DNA of 64,000 nucleotides. Origin: Psammoneis japonica. Its lineage: Eukaryota. Where the stretch lies: the NCBI GenBank assembly GCA_008632985.1, contig QPGO01000095.1, positions 59,681 to 123,680 on the forward strand, given 5' to 3'. How positions within the stretch are numbered: position 1 is the stretch's first letter; the number at the start of each line of letters is the position of its first letter. Of the stretch, positions 37,140 through 50,200 are shown in pieces. The translations under genes were made by a program, and so were the position numbers. The notes below the pieces were generated by a model. The model saw nothing but the letters and a program-made list of their open reading frames with translations, was not told the DNA's origin and did not search any database.

Positions 37140-40100
37140 ATTTGGAGACCACCAGTCCAGCTGCACTGGCCTGGGAGGCCAGCACATGTGATCATGAGCT
37201 GCAAGTGCACAGCCTTGGTCACAAGGACACCACCATGTTCACACACCACAGGCTCCAATGGCTCTCTCTCCAAGAACAACATTCACAAGCAAATCTGCCA
37301 AAATTTGTGTCCACATCTTCCTTTCCAAATTGAAGAATCCCAGCCACAACAGCATCTTGAGCCACATGGCGACTGGCCCCGCATTGTGCTTCTTGTGCAG
37401 TGCAGACTCCTGGGCAAGCTCACATTCTTTGCCACTCCTTGGTTCCCACACAATGCACATTTGCTGGACCTTGAAATGGAGTGCCAAACATCCTCAACTT
37501 GCACTCAAAAGCCACAATCAGATCCTTGCAAGAAGTTCTCAAAGCCACCTGCTCACTTCCAAAAGCTGCTGATTCAACTGCACTCTCTGTCTCTTGCCAA
37601 ACCAGCCAATTAGGGCATTGTTCACACAAAGAAAATAGCACCTGAGTGCAGACTGCAGGTGATGACATTCCCAGCACAGTTTGCATCAACAAATGTGGGG
37701 ATGGCTGTGCAGCTTCAGTGGGGGCTGAGCACACTCAGTGGCAGTGCTTCTTCAACAGTGCTGCAGAATTCTTTCCATTTGGTTGAGCAGTTGAAGATGG
37801 GCTCATGGGTGGCTGGGTCCTTTTGGGACCACAGCTGAGCCTTCCAACATTTGTGAACAATTCTTCACACAAGCAAAAACACAAGTTAAAGCCTCAAGAT
37901 GTGCTCCTTCCTTGGATTGCCCAACACTCAGAGAGAACAGAAATTTCATGATGAGTGTGCTGGTGCACCCCAGCTCAGCTGCACCCTTCTGCAAATCCCA
38001 GCCAACTGCAAGCAATTGTGCAACAATGGACCCAGCCCCAACTCACCCCATGTGCCCAACTCCAGCTCACACTTTGATGGCAGCACACTCACCACACTGT
38101 TCTTCACACCACCTTGTCATTTCCATGTTCTTCAAGCAACAACTCAACAGCCTCAACTGCATTCTTCACAGCACAGGTCCTTGGAGAATGGTCATGAGCC
38201 CAAATTGCCCTGCCATCTTCCATCTGAGCCTTCTCAACATCTGCTCTGAGGTGCTGTGCTGCAGCTTTCCCTTTGGTGCCTGGCTTGATTTTGTGATCTC
38301 ACAGTCTCCTTTGTGGCTGTCTCACCCCAGTGCAACACAATCACAACATCATCCACATGGATGCCATCAGCATCTCACAGTGCTCACATCCATTCTCATG
38401 TGCAGCTCTGCTCAAACACAGACATTGGAGATTCGCTTGAGTTGGCTCAAGCTCTCTGGGTTGTGAAGAGCTGCAGCAAGTGGTGATTGTCACAAGAACC
38501 CAGCACTTTTCAAGCCATCATACAATGCTCTCACCATGATCAATGCACATTGTTGCATCTCTCTGCATTCCTTCTCTCCTTCAAACCATGTCTTCTCAGC
38601 ACATGTGGTGCACCAAGATGCACATTCTCTAGATCAATCATTGCAACATCTGCTTTGTTCAATGCTGCCAAAGTGAACCTGAGCCTTGAGCTCTTCCTTG
38701 ACACTTCACTTGAGTGGACAGTTGGTGGTGGTGGCACCTCTGTTGTGTGGCTGCCTGTGATGAATCTTTCCTCATGAGTGAAGTCCATCTTGATGCCAAA
38801 TGCCAAATGTGGATTTCTCAACAACCTCGTGCAGCTCTTCCCTTGCCTTGCTTTCTTGGGAGTCTCCACCTGATGCCTTTTCCAAGATGCCTTCACCTTT
38901 GTCATTTTTTTTTGTCAACAGCATGCACCCACCAACCCATCCCCATTTCCAGGTCTGTCTGCAGAGAGCTTCATCAACTGATTTGAGCAGCCTGACCCCA
39001 CACTTGTGAGTCATTCTCCAGCACTTTGACTCAACCTTCAAGATGAACCAGCTCCTCTTCTGCCACAATGTGGTTGGCACTCACCAAGCAAATGCTGGTT
39101 CATCACCAACTTGATTTGCCACCACAGGCTCCACAACTTCAATCCTGAGGCACTTCAGCTTTGCCCATGATGTGCCACAATCCTTCCACACCACCAGAAA
39201 CTCCCACCTTTTGGTCATGATCTTGTGCTCTTGACCACCTTGCCTGACATCACGTGGGCACCTTCCTCCTTTGGCCCTGCCCATTCTGTCTTTTGTGATG
39301 GTCCTTTGCCTCAAGGTGCAGAGAGAATGAAACACTGGTTTGCATTGTTGTCAACCTGAACAACCACATTCTTGGCAATGATGTCAGCTGAGCACTTGTC
39401 TGTCATGCTGTTGGCATTTTGGGACCTTGTGCTCCCTTGTGCCAAATGGCTTCTCCCAACTGGCTTTCCATCCTGACCCCTGGCTTGTTCAATTGCCGCA
39501 CTGTGGTGCCACCTGCCTTTCATGCCCACATCTCCTCAAAGATGAGCCTCATGTTCAGATGCTGGTGTGTCAGTGGCCTGTTCATAATCATCACAGGGCC
39601 TTGTTTCATCAATTGACATGTCTTGGTGCTCTTCCACAATCTTTGTGCTCAGCTCCAAAGTTGTTGTCAATCTCAGCATTGTCCAACACAAATGCTGGCA
39701 CTGCAGCTTTGTTGCCTTCCAGTGCAAAATTTGAGCCATCTGGTTGTTTCTCCAATCTCTCATTGAAGTGCTCCATCTAGACTCTCTTGTCTGGCTACAT
39801 CCAAGCCACCTGCATCACATGTTTCATCAGTGTTTTTGATGCTGCCTTCCCTGACTCCATGACAATCTAATGATGCACATCCAAGCCAACCTCACACAAG
39901 ATTCTCAACACTCATCCAAGTCTTTTCCAGGGTCATCTGCCATGTTGGGCTTGTCCAGTTGATCCTCTTGCCAGACCAGGTCATGGGGAATTCAAAATCA
40001 AGATGCCCGTCAATCTCCCCGGTGCTTGTCCAGTGGTGTTTGAAACTCAAGGGACACACACTTGTTCCTGTGACACACGAAAGGGGGTGAAAAGGCTTCA

Positions 40101-42100
40101 TCTGCTTCAATGCCAAATTGTTGAGTGTCACAAGGGTCATCACACATTGGTGTGCATTGTGCACGCATCATTGATTTGGGTTGATGAGAAAGTGATCCAT
40201 GTCAACTCCAATCCAAACCAAAGAAGCACTTGATTGCCAGCTGGCAAATGGTCATGAGTTGTCCCCCAGTTTGTTCCTTCTGCCTGTGCTGATCTCAAAC
40301 TCCAAGCACATTGCTGCCTGGCAGTCTCTTTCTCCTCTGCTCCCAAATCTCTGTCATGCATCTGCACCAACTTTTTGATTGACTCATGAGCACTCACAAG
40401 CTTGCGCCACACATGCCTGCCTGCCAATGAAGCTTGGTTGCTGCTGCCAGCCATCCTGCTGAGTGAGCTGCCCAGCTGGGGTGGGCCAGCAAGTTGTCCA
40501 GACCAGTGGCCACAGTGTGTTGTGGTTTGAGAGTCCATGGCCACCCCTTCCACCATGGCTCCCATGTCTGCACCCACCATGACAGTGGCTGCAGCCTCCA
40601 CCACCAAAGAGGTCTCCATTGTCTTGTGCTTTGAATGATGCTGAGCCTCCAGTTAAGGCTCTGGGTGCAAGCACAAGACTTTTGCAAAACAGAAAGCACA
40701 TTGTGAGCTCACAAAATTGAGAAGTGATGTTGGCTGACAATGGCTGCACAAGCCTGGAGACAAGCACCACCACTCTTCATGGCCTCAAGCAATGTCTCCA
40801 CCTTTTGCTGGTCTGATTTCTGCTCATCTGGGTCTTTCTCTGGGTCAGCCAATGTGCTGGTTGACTTTTGTGTGTGATGCTCAAACAACAAGTTCCACTC
40901 ATTCTTGCAGCACAAGGTTTTGACATGGGCCAATGCCAAGTGAGTGCACTTGCTGAGCTTGCCCTGTCCACCACAACAGTCTGCCTGTGCCCACAGAATG
41001 CATCTCTGTCACCACTCTCTGGAGCACTGTGTGGCTTGACCCATGCCCAAGCTGCAATGTTGATCAAGTGCTCCTTTGGCATCCAATGAACAGCATGACT
41101 GTCATCTTCAAATGCAGCCCTGTCAACTGGCAGCTGGCACACATGCACTCCTCTGCATCATCCTTGACAAATTTGTCAAACGCAGCAGGGCTGCAGATTA
41201 AAAATGTGCTTTGTCCCCAGCCACACCACAAAATCCTCCTGGACAAATTTGGCTTGGCCACTTGCTGGGGCATCTGATTCCAACCTGTCTTTTTGTGATG
41301 CACTCAAGCTCAAGCCCCACATTCATGGCTGCTCTTGATCAAACCAAGGCACTGCCATGGCTTGCCCACACTTCTGATGATGCTCAAGACACCGTTGCAC
41401 CACAAAGCCCATGCAAACTCTCAATCTCTACTTTGCCAAGCTGCTGCACCCATCAACTCTGGCTCATCATTCACAACTGCAATGTTGTTTGAGGCAGAAA
41501 GACCTTCCATGGTGTGCCAACTGTGCCCTCATGACATGACCGGGTGCTGGGATGCCACACACCTGCAGAGCAGCACCCACATTTGGTGCTGTCATCACCA
41601 GAGCTGCCACAACACTGCTGCCACTGCTGCAGCCCCACAATGTGAAATGAGGCAGACAAGCTCATGTCCAATCTGGGTGCTGCACTGTGACCCCAGGAAT
41701 TCTGGGTGAAGGAGACCTTTTTTCCATCTGGATGATGCAACAATGGGCTTGCACTGCCAGCACACACTGGGGTGGCCAGCCCCACACAATTTTGTCAAGT
41801 TTGTTGAACACATGCCCAGACATGCATGCATGATGCTGCAGCAGCCCTGCACCCACTGTTGGTGACTGCTGCTGTGTGGGGAGAACATGTCTGTCACACA
41901 TGATGCTCACTGCTCTGGCTGTTCCACGCCCACAAAAACAAAAAAATGAGGTCCTGCCAGTCTCAACACTTGATGATTATGATGATGTGCATGCATGAAA
42001 CCCAGCACAAAACTCACACACAACAGCAGCCCATTTGATCAACACAAGTGATGGCTGCAGTGCCAAAGTCATCAACATGACCTGCTCACATCTGCTTTTG
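37140..42100 (-). mobile_element. Degenerate Ty1/Copia (CoDi-type) retrotransposon with gag, chromo-like region, RT and RNase H
   Basis: Relics: AFGIKMDFTHEERFITGSHTT...VHSSEVSRKSSRL...DLENVHL (RT); WEFLVVWKD.GTSW...DEPAFAW; SKCWRMTHKCG; ESALHKKHNA (RNase H); AWAWVK (gag). Confidence 0.88.
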
Positions 42101-45100
42101 CACTCGCATGTGCGCGTCTGCCCATGCAACTGCACAAAGAGCTCCAACAAAGCAGGAAAATGCCAGCACAATCAACAGTGACACCACACAGACAAATGAC
42201 TTGCTGAGTGGCTGGTGCTGCTGCAACAACCTCCTGCACATCTCAGAAGTCAGTGACTTTCTTCTCATGGAGAGAGAGCGAGCCATCTGTGCACTTCAAT
42301 TGAAGCCATGAAGGAACCATTGGCAGACAGACCACTGCACCCCAATTTGAAATTTATTTTCACACCAAACAAACACATGCTGATGTGATGCTGTGTGGCA
42401 GACAAACAACAGTCAACAAAACAGCAAAGACTTCATGATCCATGGCTGAATGATGACTGGCCCACAACTCAAACTCTTTTTTTGACTTTGAGCCAAAGCA
42501 AGAACATTGCAAATCATCAAGTGTCATTTCCACTTCGGCACAAAGAGAGTCAAATGCTTGCTGCAGCAGTCAGATTTCAAATTCTGAGCAATGCAGCAGA
42601 GTCAACAGTGAACAAGGATTTGCTGTCATTTTTTGCCATTGCAACATCAATCCAATCCAGGCAACAAATGTGCAAAATAATTTGCACCCCACATTCTCAT
42701 TTTGAACTTTGATGCATCAGCATTTGTTGATGCACAACAACAACAAAAGCATGCTTTTGTGTGTCAGGCCACAAGCTCTGAAGTGCATGTTCACACCTGG
42801 ATTGAACTTTTGGGGAGCTTGATGTTGAAAGCAGCCATTTGTTTGAATTTTGTCATTTTGCATTGTCCACAAACTGGGATTTCAGCTGAGTCGAGTGGAT
42901 GTTCGACATGTTTCAAAGCACCAAAATTGATGAACAATTAAGGGCTGTGGTTTTACAGTGCTTTGCACCACAGAAACATTGACAAAACAGTTGAGGACTG
43001 TGGTTTTACAGTGCTTTGTGCCAAAGAGACACAAAATGGCAAACAGGTTGACAAACAAGAAGTGATGGGGGGTTTGCAATTTTTCTAAATTGTGAGAATG
43101 AAGATTGCAGCACTGCCTGATGACTGACCAACAACCAGAAGAAAGAAACAAGAAGTGACTCTTCTCTTTGCCCTTGAATTGACAGAGATGAGCACATGCC
43201 AAAGACTTGAGGAGAACAATGCATTCTTGAATGCCCAAAATGAGAAAAGAGAGTTGATGCACCTCACTCTTGTCTTGAACCTTAGACCAAGTGGTGGCAT
43301 TCTCATGGTTTGACCACCCCACAGCTGGTTGAGAGGTTGATGGCATTTTCTGTGACTCACAGCTTGAGGCATGTTGGTGCATGAACACATGTGCAGCATC
43401 GCCTTTGGAGCATGCTGCTTGCTGGAACTGGAAGGGGCAGTTCTCTGTGCCCAGGCTTTGTCCATCAGCCACTCTGTCACAGAGGCATCTCTGTTGCTGC
43501 ACCTGCTGCTTCTTTGTCAAGAGAAAGTCCAGAGTCAAGGCCACTCCCCAGCTGTTGACAAAACAGCACCTGCAAAACCTTCATGCCTGTGTCCCCCCCC
43601 ACAGAGCAGCTCTTGGGGACAGTGCCGCCCACATGCTGGGCTGCAATCAAGGCTGATTTCCAAGCTGCAAGCTGAGACATTCAACCTGGGGGTTGTGAGC
43701 ACTCTCACAATTGCTCACAAGACATGGGGCAACAGGCCCATGGCAGCACTGAGTTCTTCCTGCACAGCTCACCATGGGTGCACCCAGACCTCCAGAGTGC
43801 CAGCCCAGCTCACACCAGGAGTCACCCTCCTTGCTGCCACAACAGTGCTTTGTGCCATTGGGAGAGCACAGACAAGCTGGCTGGACTGGGGGGCTGCCCA
43901 ACCCCACACATCACAGCCCCTCACAACCAAAAGCACCAGCTTGAGGGTTGCCACTGCTGCAAAGATCCCAAACCAAAGCTGGTGGTGGTGGCAGGAGCTC
44001 TTGTTGGCACCCCTTGCTGCTGCAGCAGCTGGTGAACAATGGTGTGCAAGCCTGCTCAAGTTTCTTTGCCAGACTGTGTGGGGCTGCTCACTCCTTTAAA
44101 TGACAAGCACAAAAATGCTGTCAAGTGGGCCATTCTCTCATGTCCAAACTTGCCCCCATCCATTGCCAACACACAAATGTGTGAGTGGCCTGCCCTCAGT
44201 TTGGCTCTGTCCTCAACCACTTGATGGGATGCAAAGAAGCTGTTGCTGTGTGGTGACAGCAACAGGTTTTCCCTCATTGTTGACCCCACCCATTTTTTCC
44301 CTGCATGTCCATTTTGTTTTTGCTGGAGGCAAGCCTGATGTTTGTGTGTGGACATGAACTGAACACATTGTTCATTCACTAAATTAAAATGTGTGAAAAA
44401 TGTGTGTGCTCAGCCATGAAGAGCCTCTGTGCAATGATGCACCTTCTGACACAAATGCTTGACATTTCAAATTTCCCATGACTTGTAAAAAATGCAACAC
44501 ACACTCCATCAACAGCCACAAACTCACCACAACACTGACACATGTCAACAGATCACAATTGGTTTCACATGCACATGCCATGCTGTGCTTCAAAATTGAT
44601 TGATTGCAGCAAAAACAGCTGAACAAATGTTCAATTTTTGCCCATCACTTTTCAACTGCACAAGTCAACAACAAGCCTGTCACACTCTCACACGTCAATT
44701 GTGCCACACATGAGTTCACAAGATGCAACACAGTGTTGATTGTTGTGGCTTTTGAAGGTGACACCATTGAGAAAATGGTGACCACAAAGTTGCCATGGTG
44801 AGGTGATTTCAGTGGTTTCTGGCTTCAGCACACCAACAGGCAAGTTTGCACTGAATCTGAGTCGTGCTTGTTGAGTTAGCATGGCTGCCACTTTGTGCAT
44901 CATGTGCCCACCATTCTCAGTGGTGGGGCAGGCAGCAAAAAGAAAATTGTGATTCAGCAAAAAAAGAAACTCAGATTGTTGACACAGCACCTTGCTTGCT
45001 GCTGCAAGCAGGAGAGCACCCATTTTTGCTGGCCAATGCATGGTCTGAAACAAAAGCATGTGCTCCCAAACAACAACCCATTGTTGGAAACACTGCTCAC

Positions 45101-46019
45101 ATTGAGCTGAGCTTGACTTGTGATGTGTCAGCAGCAGAGACAGACAAAAAAAAGACTGGGAGGCTCCTCAAGGGCATGTTGCCAGCCACAGACAAGCACG
45201 CAAGTTCATCATGCACCCAGCCCAGGCACTGGCACATTGGGCACAACACACAGTTGTGGGTGGAGAGCATGATGCCATTTGCAAGTCAAGCAATGTGCTC
45301 CCAAAGCACACATGATCCACCAGCAGCTGGGAGGAGCCTTCCTCAGCAAAGAGGGCAGCATCTTAGAGGTGCAGTCACCCTGGGCAACAAAGAGCCAACA
45401 AAAATCTGGTCCTGTTTGTGTGGTTGAAGTGAAGAAGCTCTTGGCAAAGTTGGGTCCAAGAGTTCAAGCATGCCAAGCATGTGACCTGAAACATGCCAGC
45501 AATGACAACTCTCCTCTGCACATGCCAGCACAGGGTCTGAAGCAAGCAGCCAGGCTTGCAAGTTTTTTTTCTCCCTGGCCCTTCCCAAATGCAGCCTTTG
45601 AGTCAATGTGTGGCACAGCTTGAGCAGCCAAATCATGCTGCTGGAGGAGAGCACCTAGAGGAGCAGTGAGGAGCTGGCTCAGCCAGTGCCCTTAAAGCCA
45701 GTCTGGCATGCTCAGCTTGGCAACACACACCACTCTGTGTCACATGGTTGCTCTGCAGCAGCTGCAATGTGCGCTGCCCCAGATGACAAGGAAGAAGCCA
45801 ACAAATCTCTGGCCCTGCTCCCATGTCAATTTTTGTGTGCGCTCGGTTGCAGTTGTCAAAAATCCCCTCCTTTTTCCCCTTTTCCTGTTGTCCGGCCATG
45901 AACATAAAAAATTGCCAACAGAAGGCTTCCTTGTTGTCAACTCAAAAGAAATGAAACAAGCCCTTCAAGGGGGCACTGATGACTGTGCTCACGTGAAACA
46001 TGAGAAATTTCCAGAAATG

Positions 46020-46925
46020 CAGATGGAAACAAATGGTGGTCAATGTGTGCACCAGTGCTGTTGCCACATGGCAGGTGTGAGAGCATGAAGGATCCTGTGA
46101 CACAGTGGTGGACAGCACAAAGTGTGCAGTGGAGTCACTGCACAAGGTCCTGACCCCCCCACAACTCTCGCATGAGTTGATGCCACAAAATCACCACACA
46201 TTGCAATGCATGAACTCCAGTCAGAACCCGGATGGTTTGCAACAAACTGCTGCATTCCTGCAACCAATCTCAGCACTGAGTCACACACTCAGTCAGTCAG
46301 TCACTCAGTCACTCACAAAAACAAGCCCTTTGGCACTGACCATGGCAAGACTGCACAATGTGCAGGGTGGCGTGCTGGGCCTTCATGTGTCATTTTGACA
46401 GTGTGCACTTTTCGCGCAGCTCCATCAGAACAAGGTTCTTGCATCAACTGTTGAGATGCATGAATGCTGCTCAACTCAACACAAAAGAGCAACAAGTTGT
46501 TGTGTTGCATGACACACAGTCATTTGACACTTCACAAGGGCAACCACACAAGGTCCTGACCCATCTCAACTCTTGTGCAAGTCAATGCCAAGATTGCCAC
46601 AGATTGCAAATGCACAGAAATGAGGATGGAAATGAACAGTGGCTGATGTGTGTGCCAGTGCTGTTGCCACATGGTGTGCATGCATTGAGGATCACAGAAC
46701 ATGGTGGCCCACAGCACAAAGTGCACAGACGAGTCATTGCACGAGCTCCCAACCCCCTCACAACTCTCACATGAATCCATGTAAAAACACCATGCATTGC
46801 AATGCACAAACTCCTGTCACAAACTGTTGCACTCCTGTGACCAAACTCAGCAGCACTCACTCACTCACTCACTCACTCACTCACTCACTCACTCACTCAC
46901 TCACTCACTCACTCACTCACTCACA
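46020..46925 (+). repeat. Two diverged ~300-bp repeat copies (46020-46320, 46625-46925), each ending in a (TCAC/TCAG)n tail; possible non-LTR 3' ends
   Basis: Shared ccagtgctgttgccacatgg, cagcacaaagtg and cacaactctc.catga; tails at ~46290-46316 and ~46855-46924. Confidence 0.65.
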
Positions 46926-46975
46926 AAAACACTTTGACATCACTTGCCTGGGTGGTCAGTGAAAACTTTGACATT

Positions 46976-47288
46976 NNNNNNNNNNNNNNNNNNNNNNNNN
47001 NNNNNNNNNNNNNNNNNNNNNNNNNNNNNNNNNNNNNNNNNNNNNNNNNNNNNNNNNNNNNNNNNNNNNNNNNNNNNNNNNNNNNNNNNNNNNNNNNNNN
47101 NNNNNNNNNNNNNNNNNNNNNNNNNNNNNNNNNNNNNNNNNNNNNNNNNNNNNNNNNNNNNNNNNNNNNNNNNNNNNNNNNNNNNNNNNNNNNNNNNNNN
47201 NNNNNNNNNNNNNNNNNNNNNNNNNNNNNNNNNNNNNNNNNNNNNNNNNNNNNNNNNNNNNNNNNNNNNNNNNNNNNNNNNNNNNNNN
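46976..47288. other. Assembly gap (N run), followed by (CA)n
   Basis: Seen directly. Confidence 1.
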
Positions 47289-47329
<41 letters not shown>

Positions 47330-50200
47330 TTTGAAAAAATGAGGCCATGGCCATGCTGCGGGCCTTTGGCCTGGCACCTCCACCCCCAAATCTCTGAAAA
47401 GTTGCACCAATCTCTAGAGCATTCATGCGCTGAGGTGGTGCGGATGCAAAAGTGGGCCAGATTGGAAGCGCATGGAGCTTGGCATGTTTTCCACACAAAT
47501 CGCAACTTCAACTCTTTCCAAACCAACAGAAACTTGGACATGTGAACATTGGGATGATTTGACAATCTGGTGCATCGCAGCTTCCACGCATTTGAGCCAA
47601 CCATTCCAGCACTGTGTCATGCCCCCAAAAGACACTGGGCTCTTCATTGCTTGTGTCGGTCAAGTGTGTCAGCAAAGCCTGAGCCAGTGTCTTGCCACCA
47701 TTTCCGGCACAGCAATCCACCATGGTTTCACCAGCCTTTGCCTTGGTGGCTTGCACTGCGAGCATCTTTCCAACTTGGCATCACCCAATGGACTGTTTGC
47801 GTGGATGGTCCGGCAATTGGACCGGCCTGCATGCTTTGTGATGCACTCAGGACAAATTGTCATTGTTCACCATGACCATGCAAACACTCTGCAGAGATGC
47901 AGCCACAATGTCTTCCTCTTGTTCAAGCCACTCTGCAAGAGCATCCGCAGATGGACATTTCAAAGAGTTGCACCTCAGTGTGATTGGACCAAGCTGATTG
48001 AACATTCAACACAGCTGCTTGGCATCTTTTTTCCCACATTGATCTGCAAGAATCTCCACAAAAATGAGCAGTGGGCTGCACTGTGTGGACAAATGTTTTG
48101 TTGTTTCACGCGACCTTTAGATTGCAGGGAATGCGCTGTTGTTTTCAATGCAGAGCGCTTGGGTGTCAATCATGGATCTGATCTTGTGGCTGTTGGGTCT
48201 TGTGTTGAACACAACTGCTGCATTCCACAGGTGCTCATGATGCAGTCACATGATCAATGTGCCCAGCATCAGTTTTGACAACCATGCTTGCATCCACTGA
48301 AAGTCCTGCCAGGTGAAACTTTCAGCATCTGTGGATTTGGGTGCTTGTTTCAGAGCCTTTTCTGTGCTTGCAGCACTGTCATTTTGCCCACTCAATGCCC
48401 CTTTGAGTGTGTTTGCCACCGTGGTGCATGCAAGGTCTTCCAAAGGATGAGTGGAATCAATGGAATCTTTTTTCAGTTGACAATTCATGCCTCCCAGCTC
48501 CAATGGCAGCAATGGCCATCTTGACAAATGACGGTGGCAACAACACCTCAGATTCAGTGAGCACCACGCACATTTCTGAATGAAGCCTGATGGCAACAGT
48601 GACACCACTGCAAATCTCATGCTTCCTTTTCCATGTGGCATTGTCATCTGACTCCCTTCTGCTGTTGCATCGATGCACTGTGTCATGGCGCCATCATTGT
48701 TGTTCTCAACTCATTCAAATGCAGAGGTGTCAGCACCAAGGTGACAGGTGTGGCTGGTGCCAGTGTGGCCACTTTCCAGAAAGAACTGTTCCCTGATCAT
48801 GCTTTTGGTGCCAACTTTAAAATGTCAATGCAAGTGGCAGGAGTGTGTTGGAGCATCTGGATTGCAGGAGTTGCAAGGAACCCAGATGTGTTGAAGAGAA
48901 AGCATTTTAACTCCTGATGTGGTTCCATTGGTGGCTCTTCATGAGAGAAGTTTCATCATCACCAATCTGTCACCTTTCAGTTTCATCTCACACTTTAGAG
49001 CAAATCATTTGGTTTGTCATTTGGTGTCACTGAGTGCCTGCTGCACCACAAAATTGAAGTTCATGTTGACAACTTTTGGCAACCCACAGCCTTTGCAGTT
49101 CACCAAAGCAAGTGCATCAAGCAGCACAGAAAGCCCAATGAGGCTCCCTTTTGGCGACATTCACTTGCCAGTTCAATGGCCAAGGCTTGCCAACACTTCT
49201 GATGACTCCAATCATGCCACTGCTCCAAAGCCTGCAAGCTCTTAATCTGCACCACTCCAAGCTGCACTCCTCTGTTCTGGCCCACACAATGCCCACACAT
49301 TCCCACTTGCCACATTCAAGACATTCACATTGTCATCCACAGTGGTGTTCTCTGAGACAGAAAGACCTTCCATGGTGCACCAGCTGTGCCCTCACAACAC
49401 AATCCACAGTGCCCACATCTGGCGCTGCTGCCAGAGCTGCCAAAACTGCTGCTGCTGCTGCCACAACAACACCCCACTGTGTCAGATGAGGCAAATCTTT
49501 GCACTGCAATCATGGTGGGTTGCCACAACAAACTGAAATGTCATGGTCACCAGCCTCACACCATTTTGTCAAGTTTGTTGAGCAAACACTCAGGCACACA
49601 CACACCCAACATTGCAGCAGCCCTCCACACCTGACAGAATGTGTGTGGAGAGCATTGCTGTCCTCACATGTTCTCACAGGTCACAGGTGCTCACTGCTTC
49701 AGCTGCTCCACATTCACAAACAATGCAGCAGCAACATTTTCAACACTTGACAATGTGACATGCAGTGTGAGTGCTTGCAACCCAGCACAAAAACCCCTCA
49801 GCCAGCAGCAACCCATTTGATCAACACAAGTGTGAGATGGCTGTGCAATCATGGTGGGTTGCCACAACAAACTGGAATGTCATGGTCACCAGCCTCACAC
49901 CATTTTGTCAAGTTTGTTGAGCAAACACTCAGGCACACACACACCCAACACTGCAGCAGCCCTCCAGCACACCTGCCTGACAGAATGTGTGTGGAGAGCA
50001 TTGCTGTCCTCACATGTTCTCACAGGTCACAGGTGCTCACTGCTTCAGCTGCTCCACATCCACAAACAATGCAGCAGCAATGTTTTCAACACTTGATGAT
50101 GTGACATGTGTGAGTGCTTGCAATCCAGCACAAAAACCCCTCAGCCAGCAGCAACCCATTTGATCAACACAAGTGTGAGATGGCTGTGGCACTGAAGTCG
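47330..50200 (-). mobile_element. Second degenerate Copia-like element (5' region, gag, integrase remnants)
   Basis: 49350-50200 is homologous to the 5' part of the first Copia (41480-42100), e.g. cagaaagaccttccatggtg and ttttgtcaagtttgttga. Weak integrase-like remnants at 47350-48400. Confidence 0.55.
49500..50190. repeat. ~340-bp tandem direct duplication
   Basis: tgcaatcatggtgggttgccacaacaaactg...acacaagtgtgagatggctgtg occurs twice (from ~49505 and ~49844). Confidence 0.9.

Noticed and set aside
42250..46000. Many 60-240 aa ORFs
   Set aside because: No recognisable domain; attributed to stop-codon depletion.
46921..47604. ORFs spanning the N run
   Set aside because: Artefacts of the assembly gap.
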